Positions 8,726-16,960 of a stretch of DNA of 20,178 bases are shown here, piece by piece. The stretch's first letter is position 1; every line of letters begins with the position of its first letter. Source of the stretch: Candidatus Micrarchaeota archaeon. GTDB lineage: Archaea; Micrarchaeota; Micrarchaeia; Norongarragalinales; SBBD01. The position numbers were made by a program, and so were the translations under genes. Under the pieces are notes generated by a model. It had not been told where the DNA came from. It saw nothing but the letters and a program-made list of their open reading frames with translations, and did no database searches. Where the stretch lies: positions 1 to 20,178 of the forward strand of contig JAZDGU010000027.1 of assembly GCA_043806595.1 (NCBI GenBank). Direction: 5' to 3'.

Positions 8726-10021
8726 TCAAGGCGTAAGCCGGTTCCTGTCGCGGGGGAAGAGCGCGGCCTCGCGGATGTTCTGCAGATTGCAGAGCTTCAT
8801 CACCAGGCGCTCGGCCCCGATGCTCCAGCCGGCGTGAGGAATCGCGCCGTAGCGGAAGGCGTCCAGATAGCCCTTGAAGTCCGCGGGGTTCAAATTGCGC
8901 GACTGGAGGGCCTTCTCAAGCAGCTCCACGTCATGAATCCTCTGCGCGCCGCTCGCGATTTCGATTCCGCGGAACATGAGGTCGTAGGCCTTGCAGGTTT
9001 TCCCGTCGGCTTCCGGCATGGAGTAGAACGCGCGCGCGGCAGCGGGCCAGCCGGTTATGAGGAACGCCTCGTCGCCCGTCAGCCGCGACAGCCGGTCCTC
9101 CTGCTCCTTCGAGAAGTCCGAGCCCCACGCCAGATGCTCGCCGTTCTTATTCAGAAGGTCGACAAGGTCGGAATACGAGTGCCGCGGCACCTTCTTGGGC
9201 ACGGAAAGCGGCGACTTGAGGAGCTCGAGCTCGCGCGCGCAGTTCTTCGAGACGCCCTCGAGCATTCCGATGAACACCCGCTCGAGGGAGTCGAGGGCGT
9301 CGCCGTCGTCGGCGAAGCCCATCTCGGCGTCCATCTGCGTGACCTCGTTCAGGTGCTGCGTCGTGTTGTGCTTTTCGGCGCGCCAGACCGGCGTCGTCAT
9401 GAACACCTTGTCCATGCCGCCGAGGACCGCGAGCTGCTTGTACAACTGCGGCGACTGCGCGAGGAACGCCTTGCGGCCGAAGTAGTCGACCGTGAAGAGG
9501 TCCGTGCCGCCCTCGGACGCGCTCTCAAGGATGCACGGAGGGTTTATCTCCTGGAAGCCGAGCGAGAGGCAGGTCTCGCGGAACGCGCGCTGGACCTCGG
9601 CCCTCACCTTGAAGACTGCCTGCACTTCGATTCTTCGGAGGTCGACGAAGCGGTTGTCCAGACGGACGTCCAGGTCCGCGGGCACCTTGCCGGTCAGCTC
9701 GAAGGGCACCATGCCCCTGACCTTTCCGACGACTTCCAGCGAGGACGGAACCAGCTCCCTTCCCGCATTTGCAATCTTGCTGGCTCGCACCGCGCCTTCG
9801 ACGACGACTGCCGTCTCCTTCACGAGCGACTTCGCCTGCTGCAGCAGCGCCTCGGAGGTCTCGCCTTCCTTGAATATGACTTGCATCAGGCCCGAGCGGT
9901 CGCGAAGGATGACGAAGTTTATCTTGCCGAAGACGCGCGTCTCGTGCACCCAGCCGGCGAGGCGCACCTTCTGGCCGTCCATCCCCGCGGTCACGTCCGA
10001 GCAATAGTGGGTCCGCATCAT
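8726..10021 (-). CDS. aspS: Aspartate--tRNA ligase, archaeal type (probably non-discriminating)
   Basis: MRTHY start, GWVHETR OB fold, SEGGT.LF, FLAQSPQLYKQ, WRAEKHNT, EIASGAQRIH, PHAGWSIGAERL, FPRD. Confidence 0.95.
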   Translation of the reverse strand: MMRTHYCSDVTAGMDGQKVRLAGWVHETRVFGKINFVILRDRSGLMQVIFKEGETSEALLQQAKSLVKETAVVVEGAVRASKIANAGRELVPSSLEVVGKVRGMVPFELTGKVPADLDVRLDNRFVDLRRIEVQAVFKVRAEVQRAFRETCLSLGFQEINPPCILESASEGGTDLFTVDYFGRKAFLAQSPQLYKQLAVLGGMDKVFMTTPVWRAEKHNTTQHLNEVTQMDAEMGFADDGDALDSLERVFIGMLEGVSKNCARELELLKSPLSVPKKVPRHSYSDLVDLLNKNGEHLAWGSDFSKEQEDRLSRLTGDEAFLITGWPAAARAFYSMPEADGKTCKAYDLMFRGIEIASGAQRIHDVELLEKALQSRNLNPADFKGYLDAFRYGAIPHAGWSIGAERLVMKLCNLQNIREAALFPRDRNRLTP

Positions 10022-10070
10022 ACGCTTTCGCAAACAACTGCGCGGTCAACATTTAAAATGGATATGTGGT

Positions 10071-10955
10071 TCACGCCCGGGGGTCGGCGGGGGACGCGCG
10101 GTCGAGCGCCTCCTCGAACGCATTCAGCACTAGACGGACTTTCACCCCGCCCCGCTTCGACTTGTGCGGGAAATCCGCCCTGATTTGCTCCAAATGCCGG
10201 CGCAGCTGGCCTGCTTTGATGCCTCGGTCGCTTTGTATTGCCTCGCGCACCACTTCCTCCAACGCCGATGCAGCCGCCTGCCTTCCCTCCTCGAGTTTTT
10301 CCGTGGGCTTGCCCGAGAGGTGCACCGAGAGGGCGTCATACAGGAGCTCGCGCACGCCCTCCTCCTCGCCGTTCATCAGCGGCCTTAATCCGGCGGGATA
10401 AACTTTGGGAAGGCTTCCCTGCCGGGGAAACGCCGAGCCTAGAGCGAACAGCCGCGATTTTGCAGGCACGCCCGGCCCTCGCTCCGGGTGGTGGAACAGC
10501 ACGGCTGTTACCCGCTTTTTTTCAGGTTCTTCGGGCTTCGGCTTCCGGGATTCCTTCCATTCGGCGATGGTGCGGGCCGGCTTCCTCGCCGGGGCGGGCT
10601 CGGGAGGTTTTCCCGCGGAGATTTTTAACGCAAGCCGGAAATGCTTCAACCGCGCCTTGACGACCTGTGGCACGACATTCCCAGGGCGCAGGAGTCTCGC
10701 CATCCTCCCGAGGTTTTCCCTGTCTTCGGATGCAGCGGTTTCCATCCTCCCAAGCCGCCATCCGCTTCCGCGGGCCGCGCCGCGGATGCCTTCGACCAGC
10801 AGCTCGTGCGGGACGGAAATGCCCTCGGGCCGTTTTTCATAGGCTTCGTTGATTATCCCCGCGACCTGCTTGTGGGGGTAGAGGGCATAACGCACGTTTT
10901 CTGGAACGCCCGCAAGCCACCCACGCAAGCGTGACGCCGCCATTTTTCGCATCAC
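10071..10955 (-). CDS. Hypothetical basic protein (294 aa): two helical domains joined by a Pro/Lys-rich linker
   Basis: Long ORF filling the gap, with TTTTTAT about 25 nt upstream on the minus strand; aligns by eye with 11972-12868. Confidence 0.65.
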   Translation of the reverse strand: MMRKMAASRLRGWLAGVPENVRYALYPHKQVAGIINEAYEKRPEGISVPHELLVEGIRGAARGSGWRLGRMETAASEDRENLGRMARLLRPGNVVPQVVKARLKHFRLALKISAGKPPEPAPARKPARTIAEWKESRKPKPEEPEKKRVTAVLFHHPERGPGVPAKSRLFALGSAFPRQGSLPKVYPAGLRPLMNGEEEGVRELLYDALSVHLSGKPTEKLEEGRQAAASALEEVVREAIQSDRGIKAGQLRRHLEQIRADFPHKSKRGGVKVRLVLNAFEEALDRASPADPRA

Positions 10956-11063
10956 TCCAAAAAGGGGAAGGGCGAAGGATAAAAAGGTCCTACCCGAGGG
11001 GTGCGGAAACGCCGGAAGGAGGAGAACCGCGACCGCACGGGTGCAGGGAAAAGGGGGGGCGCC

Positions 11064-11840
11064 TCACTTCCTCTTCTTGGGCCGCATCCCGAGCGGGTCG
11101 GCAAGCGACGAGGCCTCCTCCGTGACCGCGGTGCTGAACTCGTCGAATTCGCGGAACTTCGCGACCCTGCCGAACGCCAGCCACGACAGCGGGAAGCCCA
11201 GCAGCGCGACCGCCAGCCCGGCATGCGGGTTGTCTGAGGTCACAAGGGCCATGGATGACAGCGAGCACGCGCCGATCACCGCGAGCGCCGCGCCCTCCAT
11301 CTTCCACACGCGCCAGCCCCAGTAGCCCGTCAGCAGCCTGCCCTGGACGCGCAGCGTCGGGAGCCAGCGGATGCCGCCGGCGGTCAGCGAGTCCTGCCAG
11401 AGATGCAATAGGAAGCCGCAGCCGATGCCGAGGCAGAAGAAGAACCACCACGCGAACAGCTCGAGCGCGCCGGAGAGATATATCAGGACCGTGCCGAGGC
11501 CGAGCCAGAAGAAAGCCACGAGGCCAGCGCCGGCGAGCGAGTGCAGCCCGCCCCGGTGGCCCCAGCTGCGCCTCCCGAAGAGCCTCGCCAGCAGAGTCAC
11601 GGGTTTGTAGAGCACCCATTTCGTGGTGTACGCGAGGAGCTTGAGCGAGAGGCCGCCCCCGCCCCGCAAGCGGAACGCGAGAGCGTCCACCGCGTCGACG
11701 TCCGGCAGGAGTGCGCCGGCGAGCGCGCCGAGGAAGACCGCGAGCGCCTCGAGGAACCCGAAGTAGGCCATCGCAGACAACGCATACAAGATTGCGCCTG
11801 CGTGCAGGAACGTTATGAGCAAATGGCTGCGGCCCAGCAT
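11064..11840 (-). CDS. Membrane-bound metal-dependent hydrolase (YbcI/YdjM/DUF457-like)
   Basis: MLGRSH, GALLPDVD, HRGGLHS and HLWQDSLT motifs with multiple TM segments. Confidence 0.87.
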   Translation of the reverse strand: MLGRSHLLITFLHAGAILYALSAMAYFGFLEALAVFLGALAGALLPDVDAVDALAFRLRGGGGLSLKLLAYTTKWVLYKPVTLLARLFGRRSWGHRGGLHSLAGAGLVAFFWLGLGTVLIYLSGALELFAWWFFFCLGIGCGFLLHLWQDSLTAGGIRWLPTLRVQGRLLTGYWGWRVWKMEGAALAVIGACSLSSMALVTSDNPHAGLAVALLGFPLSWLAFGRVAKFREFDEFSTAVTEEASSLADPLGMRPKKRK

Positions 11841-11971
11841 GCAATCACACAGCAGACGCGTGCAAGGAATAAAAAGCCGGGGGTGGCGGGAGAAAGGGCG
11901 TGCCGGAAAGAAAAGCCGACGGAGGCGAGCCGGCCTCCCCCCTTACTGGGAAAGCTTCTGCGAATGACTGC

Positions 11972-12868
11972 TCAGCGCCGTTGCATGGAACGCACGGCGT
12001 CCAACATGGCGTTCGTGACGACCAGCGCGCGCATCTTTTTCAGCTCATCGGTGCGAGTTTGTCTCACCTCATCGGCCTGCAAGACGATGATGCGTCTGAC
12101 CTCGGTCTCGACGTCTTTGAGGGGAATGCCGCGCGAGCGCGCCTCGCGGAGGGCGGCCGTGAACTCACGGTAGGCAGGCGCGTAAGCATGCCTGGGGGGG
12201 CCAAGTATACGGCTCAGCTCGTCAACGCCCAATTTGGCTACGTGCTTTCTGTGAACCGCATCTAGTAGTCTAAAGACGTGGCCTTGTTCAGCGGACTCCA
12301 GCATAAAGCCCGGCCGAGGCGAGGTGAAACCTCGGACCGAGTTTGGAGGGCCCTCCTTCGGAGGTTCTGCCGGGGAGCTTGCTTTGGGCGCGCGAACAGG
12401 AATGCTCCTGGGCGAGAACTTGTCCCTCACGCGTTGGGCATGGCTTTCCAGCTGGCCTGGCGGGCGCCAACTCCGGCTCTGCATTTCCTCATCGGGACGG
12501 CGGCCAGCAGGGGGCCGGTCGCGTCGCATGGGCGCTTCGGCGGGCGAAGACCGCACCTCTCTCGGATGTCGGGGCGAAGGCGATGAGGGCGACTCGTAAC
12601 CCGCGCCGAAGAGCGCCGTGCGGAACATTAAAAGAAGCCGTCTGGACTGCGTGCGCAATTCCTCCATGTGCGGCGCGATTTTTTCCGGTTCGAGCGTGGC
12701 GCGGAACAATGCATCCAGCCTGTTCTCCCGGCCGGGTCCGCGCCCGGCTTCGCGTTTGATCCTTTCCGCCAGCCCCGAGGCGCCCTCGTGCTCTGCAGAG
12801 GAAGCCAGAAGGAGGCGCGCCACGGTCTCATGCGTGCCTTTCGGAATTTCACGCGGGGTTTCGGGCAT
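11972..12868 (-). CDS. Hypothetical basic protein (298 aa): two helical domains joined by a Pro/Arg/Ser-rich linker
   Basis: Long ORF with ATTAAAT about 25 nt upstream on the minus strand; aligns by eye with 10071-10955. Confidence 0.65.
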   Translation of the reverse strand: MPETPREIPKGTHETVARLLLASSAEHEGASGLAERIKREAGRGPGRENRLDALFRATLEPEKIAPHMEELRTQSRRLLLMFRTALFGAGYESPSSPSPRHPREVRSSPAEAPMRRDRPPAGRRPDEEMQSRSWRPPGQLESHAQRVRDKFSPRSIPVRAPKASSPAEPPKEGPPNSVRGFTSPRPGFMLESAEQGHVFRLLDAVHRKHVAKLGVDELSRILGPPRHAYAPAYREFTAALREARSRGIPLKDVETEVRRIIVLQADEVRQTRTDELKKMRALVVTNAMLDAVRSMQRR

Positions 12869-12989
12869 GAAGTCGTATTCACATGCAAATGCATTTAATC
12901 ATTCGCACCGGAAACGACGCCCCGTAAAGGGCTTATTCCCCGCCCTCCGCATAGAACAGTTACCCACAAGATCACGGAGGTGATGCAAA

Positions 12990-13064
12990 ATGACGTGCAG
13001 GAACATACTCTTCTTCCGGGGCGAGAAGTACCCCGTCCTCGGCGAGGAGGATGGCAATGATTGA
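12990..13064 (+). CDS. Putative 24-aa microprotein or leader ORF (MTCRNILFFRGEKYPVLGEEDGND)
   Basis: SD GGAGGTGAT at 12976-12984, 5 nt before the ATG; GC3-rich codons; its stop overlaps the start region of the next gene (ATGATTGA). Confidence 0.5.
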   Translation: MTCRNILFFRGEKYPVLGEEDGND

Positions 13065-13404
13065 GGACGAGCTCACGCACTGGTTCAAGGACGACAACGG
13101 CGGCTCGCACAAGAGCTCGCTGAGGCTCGAGACCGAGCAGCCGGTGCTCAGCAAAGGCTATCCAAAGGACGGGATAATCACGGTGCGCATCCTCAACGGC
13201 GTCGGCACCATCGGGTTCAAGCTGTCGCCCGACGAGGCTCTGCGCGTCGGCACGCACCTGCTCCAGCTTTCCAAGGAGCATCTGCAGCGCAAGCGCAAGC
13301 TCTGGAACGAGAAGGACGAGACATACCAGAGGGATAGAAGGGAGGATGAGGGCTTAGCGAGAACGCAGGCCCAGAAGGCCGCCGCGGAGAAGCAGAAGGG
13401 GTGA
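13051..13404 (+). CDS. Hypothetical protein (beta-sheet followed by a long C-terminal helix)
   Basis: Host-like codon usage; SD-like GAGGAGG; start at ATG 13051 or 13057. Confidence 0.72.
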   Translation: MAMIEDELTHWFKDDNGGSHKSSLRLETEQPVLSKGYPKDGIITVRILNGVGTIGFKLSPDEALRVGTHLLQLSKEHLQRKRKLWNEKDETYQRDRREDEGLARTQAQKAAAEKQKG

Positions 13405-13595
13405 TTTCAGTGGCAAGGCGCGGGAGGATGCGGAAACGCGCGGGGGCGCATACGAGGAGGAGCCGTGGAGCGAGGATACCGGAAGGCACTGATTAAGGGG
13501 GGAGCGCTTGCCGGCACCCGGGCTTGAAGGGTTGGACTGATTCAGGGGGAGGCGGAAGGAGGGGAAAAGGGCGGCAGGGGCATGGGAATAAATAG

Positions 13596-13609
13596 TTATA
13601 ATATTATAA
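13596..13609. promoter_or_regulatory. Perfect 14-bp palindrome TTATAATATTATAA, likely the operator or promoter of the vapBC pair
   Basis: Exactly self-complementary, 7 nt upstream of the antitoxin ATG. Confidence 0.6.
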
Positions 13610-13616
13610 TCGAAGC

Positions 13617-13820
13617 ATGGCGAAGATTGCGTATAAGATGATTCCTGTGACTCCCGAAGTCTACAAGGCATTGGAGGAACTCAAGCAAAAGCTGGGGTAC
13701 TCAAACTTTAATGAGATGCTGCGCCAGCTTTCCGGCCGCAGGAAGACGGACGACTTCGGCTGCTGGAAGGGCAAGGTCTGGGCGGCGGATTTCATGAGGG
13801 ACAGGATTGAACGGCTTTAG
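13617..13820 (+). CDS. vapB: Archaeal VapB-type antitoxin
   Basis: KMIPVTPEVYKALEELK...NFNEMLRQL...FGCWKG pattern; upstream of a PIN gene. Confidence 0.8.
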   Translation: MAKIAYKMIPVTPEVYKALEELKQKLGYSNFNEMLRQLSGRRKTDDFGCWKGKVWAADFMRDRIERL

Positions 13821-13831
13821 CGTGAAATCGG

Positions 13832-14209
13832 ATGGAGAGATTTTGCCTGGACTCTTCGGCTTGGATGGAATACTTCCAAGGCACCGCCAAGGGAGCAAGG
13901 CTGAAAAAGGCGTTCTTAACAAACGCCAGCTTTTTCACTCCCGTGGTTGTCCTGACCGAGATTGGCTCGAAAGCAATCCGGAACAACGAAGACTTCTCGT
14001 TGAGACTGCAGACAATTAAGAGCCTGAGCACCATTGTCCCGACATCCGAAAAGATCGCGGTGGCGGCCGCCGGCTACAAGGCAAAACACCGCCCGTATGC
14101 TCTGGATGCGCTCGTTTATGCATCCGCAATCGAAGTTGATTCAATCCTCCTTTCGGAAGACTGGACGATGCTTCCCATGAAGGGGGTTAAGAGCCTGCGG
14201 CAATTATAG
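13832..14209 (+). CDS. vapC: PIN-domain VapC toxin
   Basis: LDSSAWMEYF, LTEI, ALDALVYASA and LLSED supply the acidic PIN tetrad. Confidence 0.88.
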   Translation: MERFCLDSSAWMEYFQGTAKGARLKKAFLTNASFFTPVVVLTEIGSKAIRNNEDFSLRLQTIKSLSTIVPTSEKIAVAAAGYKAKHRPYALDALVYASAIEVDSILLSEDWTMLPMKGVKSLRQL

Positions 14210-15739
14210 GAAGGCCTCGCCGGCCTCGACGTCACTCACCGCTTCCGCGATGCTCTGCTGCTCCTCGAAGCGTCTGGCTAGGTCGTCCAGACCCTCGCCC
14301 GTGCGCGACTTGCGGCTCTTGCGCGCGCGGATTCCGACGAAAACCGGCTGGCTGACGGCTTCGCCGAGAAGGATGCCCTCGCCGGTCTTCAACATGGTGA
14401 TCGCGCCTGCTGCGTCGGCATCAACCGCTTCGCACGATTCCTGAATGTGTTTGAGGTCGTAGGGGTTGGTGATGCGGAGAATCAGCTGGGTGTTGCATTG
14501 GGACAACGCCGTCGTGCTGAGGTGGACCGGGCGCTGCGAAACAAGGCACAGCGAGGCGCCGAACTTGCGGCCCTCCCTCGCGACGGTCTCTATTGCCGCC
14601 CTCGACACCGCTTGGCCGCGCTCTGTGTGCTCGGGCGCGAAGTTGTGCGCCTCCTCGACGATGCAGAGATACGGGGGTATCTCCTCCCTGCGCCTGAGCC
14701 TGAACATCTTGCGGGAGAGGTAGGACACGATGGCCTGCTTCTGCCGCTGGTTGACGAGCATGGAGAAGTCGAACACCGCGAGCCTGCCGGGCTTGAGCGC
14801 CTGCTTGAGCGAAGGCTGGTCGTGCTTCCCCACGATGCGCATCTGCCGGAGCTCGCCGAGCCACGCCATCAGCGCGTCCTTCGAGTTCTTGTTCATGTCC
14901 GAAGACTCGACCGCTGAAACGACCTCCTGGAGGCCGAACGGCTCTCCGGACTGCCGGCGCTTCTCCTTCAAGGAATGAAGGATCGGGGAGAGGTCGCGGA
15001 GCTGGGCCTTGCTGACCTCTGGGACGAGCTCGGAAATCAGCTGGGGGGTCAGGTGCGCGGCGCTGATGCGGATCTTGTCGCCTTTGACGACCAAAGACTT
15101 GTCCGCATAGTCGGGGTTGGCCCTGCGGTCGGCGAAGCACGAGTATTCGCCGTGCACGTCGAAAACCGCGACGGCGAGCCTGCCCTTCTCCTTCGGCCGG
15201 TCGAGGAGCTCCTCGATGAGGCAGGCCATGGCGTACGACTTGCCCGCGCCGCTCATGGCAAGCACGGCGAGGTGCTTCTGCAGCAGGCGGCTGACCTGCG
15301 GCCTTACCTCGACGTCGTGGTGGAACATCTTTCCGAGCAGCAGGCCGTCCGGCTTGAAGCCGAAGAACTGCGTGAGCAGCTCGTCGTCGGCATCCTGGAC
15401 TTTCGTCCCCGGCGCGGGCGGGTAGGACGAGCGTTTCAGCTGGCCTTCTTTGAACGCGCCGAGTATCCTGCACCTTGCTACGGCGTACTCCCATTCCTTC
15501 GCCGGGAAGCTCTCGAGGAACGAGTTCTGCGCGGAGTGCTTCTCGTACTCGTTGACGCTCTCCGCGCGCTCGAAGTAGCGGTTGCCGCGGGTAATCTCCT
15601 GCACGACGGCGAGGAGGAGGCCCTCGTCGGACTGGAGCTGCACGTGCCTGCCCTTGCGGACGCCTGGCGAGGACGCCACGAAGGAGAAATGGCCGGTCGC
15701 GGGCGAGTCCTCCGTGGTCACGACGGTCCCGAGTTCCAT
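14204..15739 (-). CDS. herA: HerA-family (FtsK/HerA) ATPase
   Basis: N-terminal barrel region, HLAVLAMSGAGKS (Walker A), FDVHGEY, IVEEAHNFAP (Walker B), AREGRKFG and SQRP. The start MELGTVV at 15739 is preferred. Confidence 0.88.
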   Translation of the reverse strand: MELGTVVTTEDSPATGHFSFVASSPGVRKGRHVQLQSDEGLLLAVVQEITRGNRYFERAESVNEYEKHSAQNSFLESFPAKEWEYAVARCRILGAFKEGQLKRSSYPPAPGTKVQDADDELLTQFFGFKPDGLLLGKMFHHDVEVRPQVSRLLQKHLAVLAMSGAGKSYAMACLIEELLDRPKEKGRLAVAVFDVHGEYSCFADRRANPDYADKSLVVKGDKIRISAAHLTPQLISELVPEVSKAQLRDLSPILHSLKEKRRQSGEPFGLQEVVSAVESSDMNKNSKDALMAWLGELRQMRIVGKHDQPSLKQALKPGRLAVFDFSMLVNQRQKQAIVSYLSRKMFRLRRREEIPPYLCIVEEAHNFAPEHTERGQAVSRAAIETVAREGRKFGASLCLVSQRPVHLSTTALSQCNTQLILRITNPYDLKHIQESCEAVDADAAGAITMLKTGEGILLGEAVSQPVFVGIRARKSRKSRTGEGLDDLARRFEEQQSIAEAVSDVEAGEAFL

Positions 15740-15967
15740 GGAAGGGTTTCTGCTGCCGCGGGTTTTTATTGGCTTGCCGGCCGGCGTTCCGATGCGCGGC
15801 AAAGAAAATGCGAACGCGCTTCAAATAAGTGAGAGCTAGGTTGGCTCACGGGACGGAATCTGCTGCAACCTCCTCGGCCACGGAATTATTGGAACTAGCC
15901 AAGGGTTATTAATCGTAGCAAATCGGCGCAAGGCGTACACGCTCATGGCAACTTGAAACTCGAGGGA

Positions 15968-16330
15968 TTACCTTTCCTGCGACCGCCTTCTGACCTCTAT
16001 TCGGCGCAAGAACACAAGCCGCTCTTGCTCGACGCCCATGGCGTGGGTGTCAAGCAGTTTGGCTATGACCCTGCCGCGCCTGTCCGCGCTTCCGGCGTAG
16101 CGGATTGCGGACTCCAGCTTCTCGTGGGTGCGAATGAAGTCCTTGGCAGCATCGTTGAGGGCGCGCTGGTGATCTTCCAAAGCCCCGTAACCCGGCTCGC
16201 GCGAAAGACTCATCCACTTAAGCCTTGCGGCGACCGCGTCATTGAAAGCGCCTTGCACCTGCGGGTGGATCTGGCTAAAGGCCACGGTCAACAGCCGCCG
16301 CCTGTAACTCCCGGGATTTTGCTGCGCCAT
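15968..16330 (-). CDS. Hypothetical basic helical protein (~120 aa)
   Basis: Co-directional and immediately downstream of the methyltransferase; start at ATG 16330 or GTG 16339. Confidence 0.55.
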   Translation of the reverse strand: MAQQNPGSYRRRLLTVAFSQIHPQVQGAFNDAVAARLKWMSLSREPGYGALEDHQRALNDAAKDFIRTHEKLESAIRYAGSADRRGRVIAKLLDTHAMGVEQERLVFLRRIEVRRRSQER

Positions 16331-16341
16331 GCAGAACACGT

Positions 16342-16932
16342 TTAGGGTTGGTTCTTAACTAATAGTAGGTAAACCTTGCGCTTGCGCGCGTTGGAATAGC
16401 TGTCGGTCTGCATCCTCACGGAGAAGCCGCGCGCGCGGAACGCCTTGGCGTACCCCAAGGCCTCCTCCTCGCTCGCGGGATAGAACTGCACGACAGCGCA
16501 GCCGCCGGCCCGCAGAACGCGCACGAATTCAGAAGCGACCCTGCCGGCCTGCCTTACGGAAACCCACTGGAGCGCGGAAACCGAGACCACGGCATCAAAC
16601 GACGAGCCGGGGAAGGGGATCTTCCGAAGGTCGCCGACGACCGCATCGAGCTTTTTTCTTTTTGCGATGGCCACCATGTCCGGCGAAACGTCGAAGCCTG
16701 AGACGGAATACCCCAGCCGCCCGAGCAGCTGCATGCCGAAGCCGGTGCCGCAGCCGGCGTCCAGCACCCTCGCGCCCTCCGGGATTTCCACCAGCTGGAG
16801 CGCGCGCAGGAGGATCCTCTCCTGTATTTTCCTCATGGCGTTCTTCTCGTAGACGGCGGCGCCGGGACGGGAGTAGAACTCCTCCGGCCGCGCATCGTCC
16901 TCGGGCCTGCGGTGCCTGACCTTCCAACCCAT
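16342..16932 (-). CDS. Class I SAM-dependent methyltransferase, Bud23/WBSCR22-like
   Basis: RPE...PEEFY, IQ..ILLRALQL, VLDAGCGTG, DVSPDM, IPF..SSFDAVVSVSALQW, VVQFYP, RKVYLLL. The real start is ATG 16932; the 418-aa ORF extension is antisense to DUF192. Confidence 0.88.
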   Translation of the reverse strand: MGWKVRHRRPEDDARPEEFYSRPGAAVYEKNAMRKIQERILLRALQLVEIPEGARVLDAGCGTGFGMQLLGRLGYSVSGFDVSPDMVAIAKRKKLDAVVGDLRKIPFPGSSFDAVVSVSALQWVSVRQAGRVASEFVRVLRAGGCAVVQFYPASEEEALGYAKAFRARGFSVRMQTDSYSNARKRKVYLLLVKNQP

Positions 16933-16960
16933 TTTAAACCACTTCCGGATTATTGCGTGC

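Noticed and set aside
11921..11938. Hairpin GGAGGC/GCCTCC as part of a structured ncRNA (RNase P or SRP)
   Set aside because: Only a 6-bp stem, with no conserved RNase P or SRP motifs.
13410..13496. 28-codon Arg-rich ORF after GGGGTGAT, or a +1 frameshifted tail of the 13051 gene
   Set aside because: No match to eL41 or other known peptides; the two readings cannot be distinguished without reads or homologues.
13545..13580. Four G-runs that could form a G-quadruplex
   Set aside because: Long first loop, and such runs are expected by chance in purine-skewed GC-rich intergenic DNA.
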